The notes beneath the pieces were generated by a model. It made no database searches. It worked only from the letters and a program-made list of their open reading frames with translations, and had not been told where the DNA came from. The position numbers were made by a program, and so were the translations under genes. A stretch of 64,000 bases of DNA from Clostridia bacterium. Its GTDB lineage: Bacteria; Bacillota; Clostridia; Christensenellales; Aristaeellaceae. Location: contig JAFWXL010000044.1 in assembly GCA_017545905.1 (NCBI GenBank), forward strand, positions 758-64,757, read 5' to 3'. This document shows, piece after piece, positions 19,585 to 27,964 of the stretch (the stretch's first letter is position 1; the number at the start of each line of letters is the position of its first letter).

Positions 19585-20637
19585 TTACGCTTCTTCTTTT
19601 GCAGCGGCAAGCTGCGCAACGCCTGCGCGGATCTCCTCCACCACGCCGGTCGCCACCACCGTGCGCGCCTGACGCAGCGCGCAGAAGATGGCTCGTGCAT
19701 TGGAATTGCCATGCGCCTTGATCACGGCGCCGTCAGCGCCCAGCAGCGGCACGCCGCCGACCTCTTCGGAATTGAAGCTCTGCTTGAGCGACTTGAACGT
19801 ATCCTTGGCCAGCAGCGCGGCAATCTTGCCCTTTGTATTGCTGAGCAGGCCCTGCTTGAGAAGCTTGAAGAGCGCAGAGATGACGCCCTCTGTATTCTTG
19901 AGCACAACGTTGCCGATAAAGCCGTCTGCAGCGAGCACGTCGCAAAGGCCTGCCATGGTATCGCGCGCCTCTACGTTGCCAATGAACGTATAGACATTCT
20001 GCGCGCTCATGAGCGCGTGCGCCTGCTGTGCCTGCTCGTTGCCCTTGGCCGCCTCGACGCCGATATTGACCAGACCGACCTCTGGATTCTCCACGCCCAT
20101 GACGCGCTTCATGTAGATGCTGCCCATCATGGCAAACTGGTTGATCCATTCCGGCTTGCAGTCGGTATTGGCGCCCGCATCCACCAGCAGCATCGTGCGG
20201 CCCGGAATGGGCAGCGGCGCAGCCAGAGCCGGGCGGTCGATACCCTTGATGCGCCCGATCTTAAACATGGAGCCGGCCATCACCGCGCCGGTAGAACCGG
20301 CAGAAACGAAGGCCTGCGCCTCCTTGCGGCGGACGATATCCATGCCGACGTTAAACGTAGAATCCTTCTTGCGGCGCAGCGCCATGACCGGATGCTCCTC
20401 CGTCGTGATCACCTGCGTGGCATTGACCACCTGCAGGCGATCCTTCACACCGGCATACGCAGCCTGATCGGCATATTCGCCGATGGTCTTTTCGATCAGC
20501 TCCTGTGGGCCGACGAGCACCACCTCGATATCATCAAACTCGCGCAGCGCATCAATCGCGCCGTCTACATTGACCTTGGGCGCAAAATCGCCGCCCATGG
20601 CATCCAGAACAATTTTCATCATAAACAAAACCTCCAA
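19585..20637 (-). CDS. plsX: Phosphate acyltransferase PlsX
   Basis: IVLDAMGGDFAP N-terminus and full-length PlsX-like sequence. The start may be MKIV at 20619. Confidence 0.93.
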   Translation of the reverse strand: MEVLFMMKIVLDAMGGDFAPKVNVDGAIDALREFDDIEVVLVGPQELIEKTIGEYADQAAYAGVKDRLQVVNATQVITTEEHPVMALRRKKDSTFNVGMDIVRRKEAQAFVSAGSTGAVMAGSMFKIGRIKGIDRPALAAPLPIPGRTMLLVDAGANTDCKPEWINQFAMMGSIYMKRVMGVENPEVGLVNIGVEAAKGNEQAQQAHALMSAQNVYTFIGNVEARDTMAGLCDVLAADGFIGNVVLKNTEGVISALFKLLKQGLLSNTKGKIAALLAKDTFKSLKQSFNSEEVGGVPLLGADGAVIKAHGNSNARAIFCALRQARTVVATGVVEEIRAGVAQLAAAKEEA

Positions 20638-20646
20638 ACGGAGCCC

Positions 20647-21402
20647 TTACGCTCTTCCCAGCGTAAAAGCATACATGCCGATACCGGCTGCAATCGCCAG
20701 ATTCAGCGAATCGATTCTGGCACTGTGCGGGATCAGCGTGCTGACGCCATAATCCGCAAAGACATCGGGCAGACCCGTCGCCTCGTTGCCAAAGACCAGA
20801 GAGAATTCGCCCCTGACCTTTCTGACCGCCTCTGCCAGCGGAACAGCACCCGTGAGCATGAATGGGAACAGCTGCCGCTGCGGATACTCGCTGCGATAGT
20901 CGTCAAACGAATCAAAATGGCGCACATTCAGCGAAAAAGCAGCGCCCATCGACGCGCGCGTTACACGCGGATCATCAGAATCGACTGCAGGACGGATGAT
21001 AGCGATATTCGTCAGGCCAAAGCCCAGCGCAGTGCGCAGAATTGTGCCCAGATTGCCGCTGTCGCTGGGATTGACCAGCACGATATGCGGCGCATCCGGC
21101 GCAAACACGCCCTCCTGCTTCTTATAGACCATCGCAGCAAAGCAGTTTTCCTTTTTGCTGATGCGCTCCAGCGCCCTGTCCGCAATCTCTACGCGAACGC
21201 CGGCTGTCTCTGCCTGCGCGCGCAGGCTGGCAGCGCCTTCGCTTCTTTCGCTGCTGCTTGCCAGCAGAAGACGCAGACAGCGCTCAGGCGCGTTCTTCAG
21301 GCACTCCGTCGCCGGAAAAATACCGGGCGCATAAGAATAAGCCAGCGCTTTATTGTAAGCCTCCAGTTTGGCCACAGGCCGTTCCTCCTTCTTTCGGCTC
21401 AT
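20647..21402 (-). CDS. TrmH/SpoU-family RNA 2'-O-methyltransferase
   Basis: SpoU motifs NPSDSGNLGTILRTA, LVFGNEATGL and IDSLNLAIAAGI. Confidence 0.85.
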   Translation of the reverse strand: MSRKKEERPVAKLEAYNKALAYSYAPGIFPATECLKNAPERCLRLLLASSSERSEGAASLRAQAETAGVRVEIADRALERISKKENCFAAMVYKKQEGVFAPDAPHIVLVNPSDSGNLGTILRTALGFGLTNIAIIRPAVDSDDPRVTRASMGAAFSLNVRHFDSFDDYRSEYPQRQLFPFMLTGAVPLAEAVRKVRGEFSLVFGNEATGLPDVFADYGVSTLIPHSARIDSLNLAIAAGIGMYAFTLGRA

Positions 21403-21557
21403 CAGTATACAGATTCAACCATCTTGAAATTATATCAGATTCCGGGCATTTCTTCAAGTCATGCACCTTATTTCCATGCAGCAGGATTCCTTCGGTCATT
21501 TTGTGTTAAGATTCCGTTCAGATTTATAAACACAGGCTGACTCTTTCTGAATACCGG

Positions 21558-21586
21558 TTGAAATCCAAAATTGCTTCAATTATAAT
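21558..21586 (+). promoter_or_regulatory. Near-consensus sigma-A promoter for the activase gene pair
   Basis: TTGAAA-17 nt-TATAAT in an AT-rich divergent intergenic region. Confidence 0.55.
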
Positions 21587-21678
21587 ACTTTTTCATTAAA
21601 ATGTCCCCATTGTGGGCATTGGCATTAATATGATCCATCATTTTCGATACATGACATTTCCAGAAAGGACAGCTTATC

Positions 21679-24633
21679 ATGTCTGATACGCTTCGAATCG
21701 GCCTGGATATCGGCTCCACAACCATCAAATGTGTGGTGCTGGACAGTGAGGACAGAATCGTCTATTCCTGTTATGACCGACACTACTCCCTCATCGGCCA
21801 GAAGACGCGCGAACTGCTCACGCGCCTTGACAAAGACATCGCAAAAGGTGCGCCTGTTCGTCTGAGCATCTCCGGCTCCGCGGGCATGGGTCTTGCGCTT
21901 GGATCGCACATTCCGTTTGTGCAGGAGGTCTATGCAACCAAGGTGGCTGCGGATCTGTTTCTGCCGGGCACGGATGTGATTATCGAGCTGGGCGGTGAAG
22001 ATGCAAAGATCCTCTTCCTGCAGGGCACGCTTGAAGTACGCATGAACGGCTCCTGCGCCGGCGGCACCGGCGCCTTCATCGATCAGATGGCGACGCTGCT
22101 GGCGATTACACCGGCTGAGATGAATGAGGAAGCAGCCAGAGCAGAACGTACCTATACAATCGCTTCCCGCTGCGGCGTATTCGCCAAGACCGACGTACAG
22201 CCGCTGCTCAATCAGGGGGCAAAGCGCGCTGACGTTGCGCGCTCCATCTTCATGGCCGTGGTCAATCAGACCATTGCCGGCCTTGCGCAGGGCCGCCCAA
22301 TCAAGGGTAATGTGGTCTATCTCGGCGGACCGCTGACATTCATGAGCGAGCTTCGCGCCTGCTTTGACGAGGCGCTGGGGCTTCGCGGTGTGTGTCCGGA
22401 GAATTCGCTGTATTTCGTTGCGCTGGGCGCCGCACATCAGGCAATAGAAGAAATGCGCCTGAGCGAATGCATTGAAGCCATCGACGCTTTCCATTCCACG
22501 GAAAGCTACAATGCTCTGCCTGCGCTCTTTGAAAACGAAGAAGCGCTTGAAGCCTTCCGTGCGCGCCACGCAAAGGCGAAGGTCAGCCGCCGCGATCCGG
22601 CAGGCTACACTGGGAAGGTTTATCTTGGCATCGACTCCGGCTCCACGACGATCAAATCCGTTGTGATTTCCAATGAAGGCGAGTTGCTCCTCACCCGCTA
22701 CCAGTCCAATTCCGGCGATCCCGTTCCCCATGTGCGCGCCTTTCTTTCTGATCTGCGCCGCGAGCATCCCGACTGGGTTATCGCCGGCAGTGCGGTCACC
22801 GGCTACGGCGAGGATCTTATCCGGAGCGCGTTCGGCGTTGATTTCGGTCTGGTGGAAACTGTCGCACACTTCACCGCCGCAAAAGCCTTTATGCCCGAGG
22901 TCGATTTCATCATCGATATCGGCGGTCAGGACATCAAGTGCTTCAAGATCGTCGGCGGCGTGATCGATAATATCTTCCTCAACGAAGCATGTTCCTCCGG
23001 ATGCGGTTCCTTCCTGCAGACATTTGCCAACGCGCTCGGCTATGACATCGGTGAGTTTTCTCAGCTTGGACTTGCCGCACGCAAGCCTGTCGATCTCGGC
23101 TCCCGCTGCACGGTATTCATGAATTCCTCCGTCAAGCAGGCGCAGAAGGACGGCGCTGACGTGACCGACATTTCCGCCGGCCTGTCGATTTCCGTGGTCA
23201 AGAATGCGCTTTACAAGGTCATCCGCTGCTCCGGCGCGCAGGAGCTTGGCAGGCACATCGTTGTGCAGGGCGGTACGTTCCTCAACGACGCCGTGCTGCG
23301 CGCCTTTGAAAACGAACTGCAGATCGACGTTGTTCGTCCCGATATCGCCGGCCTGATGGGCGCATACGGCGCAGCGCTGCACGCCCGCGATCAGCGAACC
23401 CTCGCGCCCGGCGAAAGCACTGTGCTCAGCCTTGAAGCGCTGGAAGCATTCAAAAGTGAAGTCACCCATACCCGCTGCAGCGGCTGCGAAAACCATTGCC
23501 AGCTCACCATCAACAGCTTCGGCGGCAAGCGCCGCTACATCAGCGGAAACCGCTGCGACAGGCCCGTCGCAGGCAGCAAAGCCTCAGGCACACTGAACCT
23601 GTACAGCTACAAGCAGGAAAAGCTGTGCGCGCTCATCAGCAAGCACAGCGCAAATGCGCCGCGCGGCAAAATCGGCCTGCCGCTCGGCCTGAATATGTAC
23701 GAGCTTCTGCCATTCTGGCACGAGCTGTTTACCAGGCTCGGCTTTGACGTGGTCGCCTCTCCCTTCTCCTCACGCGATCTCTATATTGCCGGTCAGGCGA
23801 CCATTCCTTCGGATACTGTCTGTTTCCCGGCAAAACTGCTGCATGGACATATTGACTGGCTGATCCGCCAGGGCGTTCGGCATATCTTCTATCCGTGCAT
23901 GAGCTACAATCTGGATGAGAATCTGGGCGACAACCATTACAACTGCCCGGTGGTGGCATATTATCCGGAGGTCATTTCCGCGAACATGCCGTCCGTTCGC
24001 GAAATCGATTTTATCCACGATTACGTAGGTCTTGATCAGCGCAGGCATTTCCCGAAAAAGCTTACAGCCATCCTGCAGAAGCATTTTCCGGACATCAGAG
24101 CCAGCGAAGTACGGACCGCCTGCGAAGCCGCCTATGCCGCCCAGGAGGCCTATATGGCCGACATACGCCAAAAGGGCGAAGAGATGATCGCAAAAGCGCG
24201 CGAAGAGGGCAGGCGCATCATTGTGTTGATCGGCCGTCCGTATCATGTCGATCCGGAGATCAATCATGGCATCGACAAGCTCATTGCGGGCTTTGGCGCG
24301 GCGGTGATCACCGAGGACTCCCTCTCCCATCACATGAAGAAGGCGCCCGTTGGCGTGCTCAACCAGTGGACCTATCACTCCCGCCTGTATGCCAGCGCAC
24401 GCTACATCACCACGCAGAAGGACATGAATCTCGTTCAGCTGGTCTCCTTTGGCTGCGGCGTGGACGCGATCACCACCGATGAGGTGCGCGATATTCTCGA
24501 AGAGAACGGCAAGATTTACACGCAGATCAAGATCGATGAGATCACCAACCTCGGCGCGGTACGCATCCGCCTGCGCTCGCTGTTTGCAGCGATCCAGGCG
24601 CAGCAAGCGCTTGAAAAGGCAAAGGAGGTGTGA
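21679..24633 (+). CDS. Fused double BcrAD/BadFG/HgdC-type ATPase (CoA-enzyme activase-like) with a Cys-rich linker and a C-terminal DUF2229-like domain
   Basis: Two acetate/sugar-kinase-fold ATPase modules (IGLDIGSTTIK and LGIDSGSTTIK), each with cluster-type Cys pairs (GSCAGGTG/SRCGVFAKTD and EACSSGCGSF/SRCTVFMNSS). The linker reads RCSGCENHC...GNRCDRP. Confidence 0.85.
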   Translation: MSDTLRIGLDIGSTTIKCVVLDSEDRIVYSCYDRHYSLIGQKTRELLTRLDKDIAKGAPVRLSISGSAGMGLALGSHIPFVQEVYATKVAADLFLPGTDVIIELGGEDAKILFLQGTLEVRMNGSCAGGTGAFIDQMATLLAITPAEMNEEAARAERTYTIASRCGVFAKTDVQPLLNQGAKRADVARSIFMAVVNQTIAGLAQGRPIKGNVVYLGGPLTFMSELRACFDEALGLRGVCPENSLYFVALGAAHQAIEEMRLSECIEAIDAFHSTESYNALPALFENEEALEAFRARHAKAKVSRRDPAGYTGKVYLGIDSGSTTIKSVVISNEGELLLTRYQSNSGDPVPHVRAFLSDLRREHPDWVIAGSAVTGYGEDLIRSAFGVDFGLVETVAHFTAAKAFMPEVDFIIDIGGQDIKCFKIVGGVIDNIFLNEACSSGCGSFLQTFANALGYDIGEFSQLGLAARKPVDLGSRCTVFMNSSVKQAQKDGADVTDISAGLSISVVKNALYKVIRCSGAQELGRHIVVQGGTFLNDAVLRAFENELQIDVVRPDIAGLMGAYGAALHARDQRTLAPGESTVLSLEALEAFKSEVTHTRCSGCENHCQLTINSFGGKRRYISGNRCDRPVAGSKASGTLNLYSYKQEKLCALISKHSANAPRGKIGLPLGLNMYELLPFWHELFTRLGFDVVASPFSSRDLYIAGQATIPSDTVCFPAKLLHGHIDWLIRQGVRHIFYPCMSYNLDENLGDNHYNCPVVAYYPEVISANMPSVREIDFIHDYVGLDQRRHFPKKLTAILQKHFPDIRASEVRTACEAAYAAQEAYMADIRQKGEEMIAKAREEGRRIIVLIGRPYHVDPEINHGIDKLIAGFGAAVITEDSLSHHMKKAPVGVLNQWTYHSRLYASARYITTQKDMNLVQLVSFGCGVDAITTDEVRDILEENGKIYTQIKIDEITNLGAVRIRLRSLFAAIQAQQALEKAKEV

Positions 24634-24636
24634 GCC

Positions 24637-25980
24637 ATGTCCGCCAAACACGTTGAATTCACCAAAGAAATGCGAGAAGCCGGCTACACTATCCTTGCGC
24701 CCAATATGCTGGCTTTCCACTTTTCCCTGATGGAAAAGGTATTCCACCTCAACGGATACAATGTCGAGATCCTCAAAAATGACGGCCCCGGCGTCATGGC
24801 TGAAGGCCTCAAGTATGTGCACAACGATACATGCGTTCCAGCGCTGCTGGTCATCGGCCAGTTTCTGGATGCGCTGCACTCCGGCAAATACGATCTGAAC
24901 AGAGTTGCCCTTGCCATCACGCAAACCGGCGGCGGCTGCCGCGCCAGCAACTATATCTTCCTGCTGCGCAAAGCGCTCAAAAAAGCAGGTCTGGAACACA
25001 TTCCGGTGATCTCAGTCAATATGAGCGGGCTGGAAAAATGCTCCGGTTTCACGCTGACGCTGCCACTGATCCGGCAGGTGATTTCCTCGCTGATTTATGG
25101 CGACTGCATCATGCATGTGGCCAATCAGACCCGTCCATACGAATATAACAATGGAGAGACTGACGCGCTGATTGAGCGCTGGAACAGCGAACTGATCGCG
25201 CAGTTCAATCAGGGTAAGGGCCTTTCCCAGAAGGAAATCCGCGCGAACATGGACAGAATCGTCGCAGATTTCGACGCCATCGACCGCAGCCGGGAAAAGA
25301 AAACGCGCGTGGGCATTGTCGGCGAAATCTATGTCAAGTATTCTCCGCTGGGCAACAACCGTCTGGAAGAATTCCTGCGCACGCAGAACTGCGAATACAT
25401 GCTGCCCGGCGTGATGGGCTTCATTCTTTTCAAGATCGACAACCGCATCGAAGATATCCGGCTCTACGGCGGCAATCCCTTCAAGAAGATCTTCTGCACG
25501 TTTCTGAAGAGATATGTGCAGAAGATGGAGCGCCTGCTCATCGGGGCCATCACCGCCTGCCCGTCTTTTGTGCCGCCCTCCCCGTTTGAGCACACCAAGA
25601 AGCTCGTGCGTGACGTGATCGGCTACGGCTGCAAAATGGGCGAAGGCTGGCTTCTGACCGCCGAAATGCTTGAACTGGCCGAAAACGGCTACGAAAACAT
25701 CATCTGCGCGCAGCCCTTCGGCTGCCTGCCCAACCACATTGCCGGCAAAGGCATGATCCGCCGGCTCACGCAGGTGCATCCGGGGATCAATATCGTGCCC
25801 ATTGACTACGACCTCTCCGCCACGAAGGTCAATCAGGAAAACCGTATCCGGCTGATGCTCGCCGTTGCAGGCGATACGCTCCGCAAAAAGAAGCAGCAGG
25901 AGCTGCTTATCGCGCAGGATGAAGCCGCAGCAAAAAACTGCGTCGGCGACTGTGAAAGCTGCAGAAAGCATGCCGGCTGA
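24637..25980 (+). CDS. 2-hydroxyacyl-CoA dehydratase D-component / double-cubane-cluster-protein-like Fe-S protein
   Basis: HgdB/YjiM-like sequence with conserved Cys (NDTCVPA, GGGCRASN, QPFGCLPNH). A C-terminal CX3CX2C tail is also present (NCVGDCESCRKHAG). Confidence 0.8.
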   Translation: MSAKHVEFTKEMREAGYTILAPNMLAFHFSLMEKVFHLNGYNVEILKNDGPGVMAEGLKYVHNDTCVPALLVIGQFLDALHSGKYDLNRVALAITQTGGGCRASNYIFLLRKALKKAGLEHIPVISVNMSGLEKCSGFTLTLPLIRQVISSLIYGDCIMHVANQTRPYEYNNGETDALIERWNSELIAQFNQGKGLSQKEIRANMDRIVADFDAIDRSREKKTRVGIVGEIYVKYSPLGNNRLEEFLRTQNCEYMLPGVMGFILFKIDNRIEDIRLYGGNPFKKIFCTFLKRYVQKMERLLIGAITACPSFVPPSPFEHTKKLVRDVIGYGCKMGEGWLLTAEMLELAENGYENIICAQPFGCLPNHIAGKGMIRRLTQVHPGINIVPIDYDLSATKVNQENRIRLMLAVAGDTLRKKKQQELLIAQDEAAAKNCVGDCESCRKHAG

Positions 25981-25985
25981 TCATG

Positions 25986-26034
25986 CCAAACAAAAACAAA
26001 CTCCCGACTGATCACGGGAGTTTGTTTTGTTTGG
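25986..26034. terminator. Long bidirectional terminator between convergent genes
   Basis: About 20-bp stem CCAAACAAAAACAAACTCCCG / CGGGAGTTTGTTTTGTTTGG with loop ACTGATCA. Confidence 0.65.
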
Positions 26035-26041
26035 TATGCTT

Positions 26042-26641
26042 TTACATTTCGCGGCGGCCTTCGATCGCTTTTGCCAGCGTAACCTCGTCGGTATACTCCA
26101 GATCGCCGCCCACAGGCAGACCATGCGCAATGCGGGTGACCAGAATACCCATGGGCTTGAGCAGGCGCGCGATATAGCTGGCCGTCGCCTCGCCCTCGAT
26201 ATCAGGGTTGGTGGCCAGAATGACCTCTTTGATATCCTCGCTGCCCACGCGCGCAAGAAGCTCTCGGATCCGGATGTCCTCCGGCCCGATGCCCTCCATC
26301 GGGGAAATCGTGCCGTGAAGCACATGATAGACGCCCTTGAAATCGCGCATACGCTCCATGGCCGCCACGTCGCGCGGGTCGCGCACGACGCACAAAACGC
26401 CGTTTCGCCTGCGCTCATCAGCACAGATCGGGCATGGATCCTCCACGGTATAATTGCCGCAGAGCGAGCAATACTTGACCGCCTTTCTCCCCTGCCAGAT
26501 TGCAGCTGCAAGTTCATGCACCTGATCCTCCGGAAGGGAGACAATGTGATACGCCAAACGCAGCGCCGATTTCGCGCCGATGCCCGGCAGACGGGAAAGT
26601 TGCTGCGCCATTCTGGCGATGGGCTCAATCTGACCAGCCAT
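26042..26641 (-). CDS. recR: Recombination protein RecR
   Basis: HhH motif [14 protein letters not shown]4 zinc finger [12 protein letters not shown], and a Toprim domain. Confidence 0.95.
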   Translation of the reverse strand: MAGQIEPIARMAQQLSRLPGIGAKSALRLAYHIVSLPEDQVHELAAAIWQGRKAVKYCSLCGNYTVEDPCPICADERRRNGVLCVVRDPRDVAAMERMRDFKGVYHVLHGTISPMEGIGPEDIRIRELLARVGSEDIKEVILATNPDIEGEATASYIARLLKPMGILVTRIAHGLPVGGDLEYTDEVTLAKAIEGRREM

Positions 26642-26643
26642 GA

Positions 26644-26979
26644 TCAGAACATGCCGCCCATGCCGCCGCCGATCTTGTTCATCTCGGCTTCACGGGTCTC
26701 TTCGCCCTTTTTGAGCGCATCGTTGACAGCCGCAACGATCATATCCTGAAGCATCTCGACATCATCCGGATCAACCGCATCGGGCTGAATCGTCAGCGCG
26801 AGCAACTGACGCTTGCCGCTGACCTTGCAAGTCACAGCGCCGCCGCCCGCAGTGCCTTCGTACTCACGCACGTCCAGCTCTTCCTGCTTCTGCACCATCA
26901 TCTGCTGCATCTTCTGCGCCTGACGCATGAGCTGCTGCATATTACCGCCCGGAATTCCGGGGAAACCGCCTCTTGCCAT
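26644..26979 (-). CDS. ybaB: Nucleoid-associated protein YbaB/EbfC
   Basis: 111 aa, [15 protein letters not shown]..., directly upstream of recR as in most bacteria. Confidence 0.93.
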   Translation of the reverse strand: MARGGFPGIPGGNMQQLMRQAQKMQQMMVQKQEELDVREYEGTAGGGAVTCKVSGKRQLLALTIQPDAVDPDDVEMLQDMIVAAVNDALKKGEETREAEMNKIGGGMGGMF

Positions 26980-27181
26980 GTTTCATTCCTCCTGAAATAT
27001 GAAAATCATCGTATTCGATTATACACCATTCCAGCGTAATTGAAAAGAAGAAAAACCGCTTCCAGTCATTTGAAAATCAAAAAGAAAGCTGTCATCCCGA
27101 TGGAAAGCGTGACGAAAACTGTCAGGATATGAAGAGCGCCTGCGGTCACAATAAGCGCGAACCGATTGGAGGTGAAAAGAG

Positions 27182-27397
27182 ATGGCGAACAATTCAGGCA
27201 GCAATCAGATCAATGTGCCTCAGGCACGCAACGCGCTGAACAACATGAAATATGAAATTGCGCGCGAGCTGGGCGTAAACCTCAAGCAGGGCTACAACGG
27301 CGATCTGACCTCCCGTGAGGCAGGCTACGTCGGCGGCTACATGGTCAAGCGGCTCATCGAACAAGCTGAACAGCAGATGTCCGGACAGAGCTTCTAA
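27182..27397 (+). CDS. Alpha/beta-type small acid-soluble spore protein
   Basis: KYEIARELGV (GPR-site region) and GYVGGYMVKRLIEQAE signatures; 71 aa. Confidence 0.93.
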   Translation: MANNSGSNQINVPQARNALNNMKYEIARELGVNLKQGYNGDLTSREAGYVGGYMVKRLIEQAEQQMSGQSF

Positions 27398-27444
27398 GCA
27401 TTCTGCGCATCCCAGACCCAAATCATGAAAGGGGACTTTTTCCT

Positions 27445-27747
27445 ATGTATCAGAATCAGAATATGAATCAGGGTATGAACTCCGGCGCACAGAATCAGCA
27501 GAACATGGGCAGCCAGCAGACCGGCGCGCAGAACCAGTCCGGCTCCAACCGCTCCGGCCGCGTCGTCGTGCCGCAGGCCAAGGGCGCGCTCAATCAGATG
27601 AAATACGAGATCGCCTCTGAGCTTGGCATCAATCTCAAGCAGGGCTATAACGGCGATCTGCCGTCCCGTCAGGCGGGTTACATTGGCGGTTACATGACCA
27701 AACGCCTGATTGAACAGGCCGAGCGCGCGATGAGCCAGCAGGGCTGA
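27445..27747 (+). CDS. Alpha/beta-type small acid-soluble spore protein with a Q/N-rich N-terminal extension
   Basis: KYEIASELGI and GYIGGYMTKRLIEQAE signatures, preceded by 35 residues of which 18 are Q or N. Confidence 0.9.
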   Translation: MYQNQNMNQGMNSGAQNQQNMGSQQTGAQNQSGSNRSGRVVVPQAKGALNQMKYEIASELGINLKQGYNGDLPSRQAGYIGGYMTKRLIEQAERAMSQQG

Positions 27748-27798
27748 TGCCCTGACCTTCGAGCGATGAAATCCTTCTGCATGAAGGTATAAGATAAA

Positions 27799-27836
27799 GG
27801 CAGACGCATGGAAAACCGCCATGCAGTCTGCCTTTT
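27799..27836 (+). terminator. Rho-independent terminator after the SASP pair
   Basis: 13-bp stem GGCAGACGCATGG/CCATGC(A)GTCTGCC followed by TTTT. Confidence 0.6.
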
Positions 27837-27890
27837 CAGTATGTTGGAATGAAACCATATTGGAAGCAGACTCGAAAAAGATTGCAGCTA

Positions 27891-27920
27891 TTGACACAGA
27901 TGCAGGCTGTATTGTACAAT
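27891..27920 (+). promoter_or_regulatory. Sigma-A-like promoter upstream of cotH
   Basis: TTGACA-18 nt-TACAAT. Confidence 0.4.
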
Positions 27921-27964
27921 TCAAATAACTATCCATACCAGATTGGGCAGAGGGGAAGAATCGT

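Noticed and set aside
19711-21540. A 609-aa plus-strand ORF spanning plsX, the trmH-like gene and the intergenic DNA.
   Set aside because: It crosses two well-supported minus-strand genes and their 9-nt spacer. It has no motifs, so it is a GC-shadow frame.
27125-27153. A forespore sigma-G promoter for the first SASP gene (GGATA-17 nt-CACAATA).
   Set aside because: It only approximates the sigma-G pattern (GHATR-17/18-CATXHTA), and the -35 element deviates. It is plausible biologically but not supportable as a feature without a TSS.
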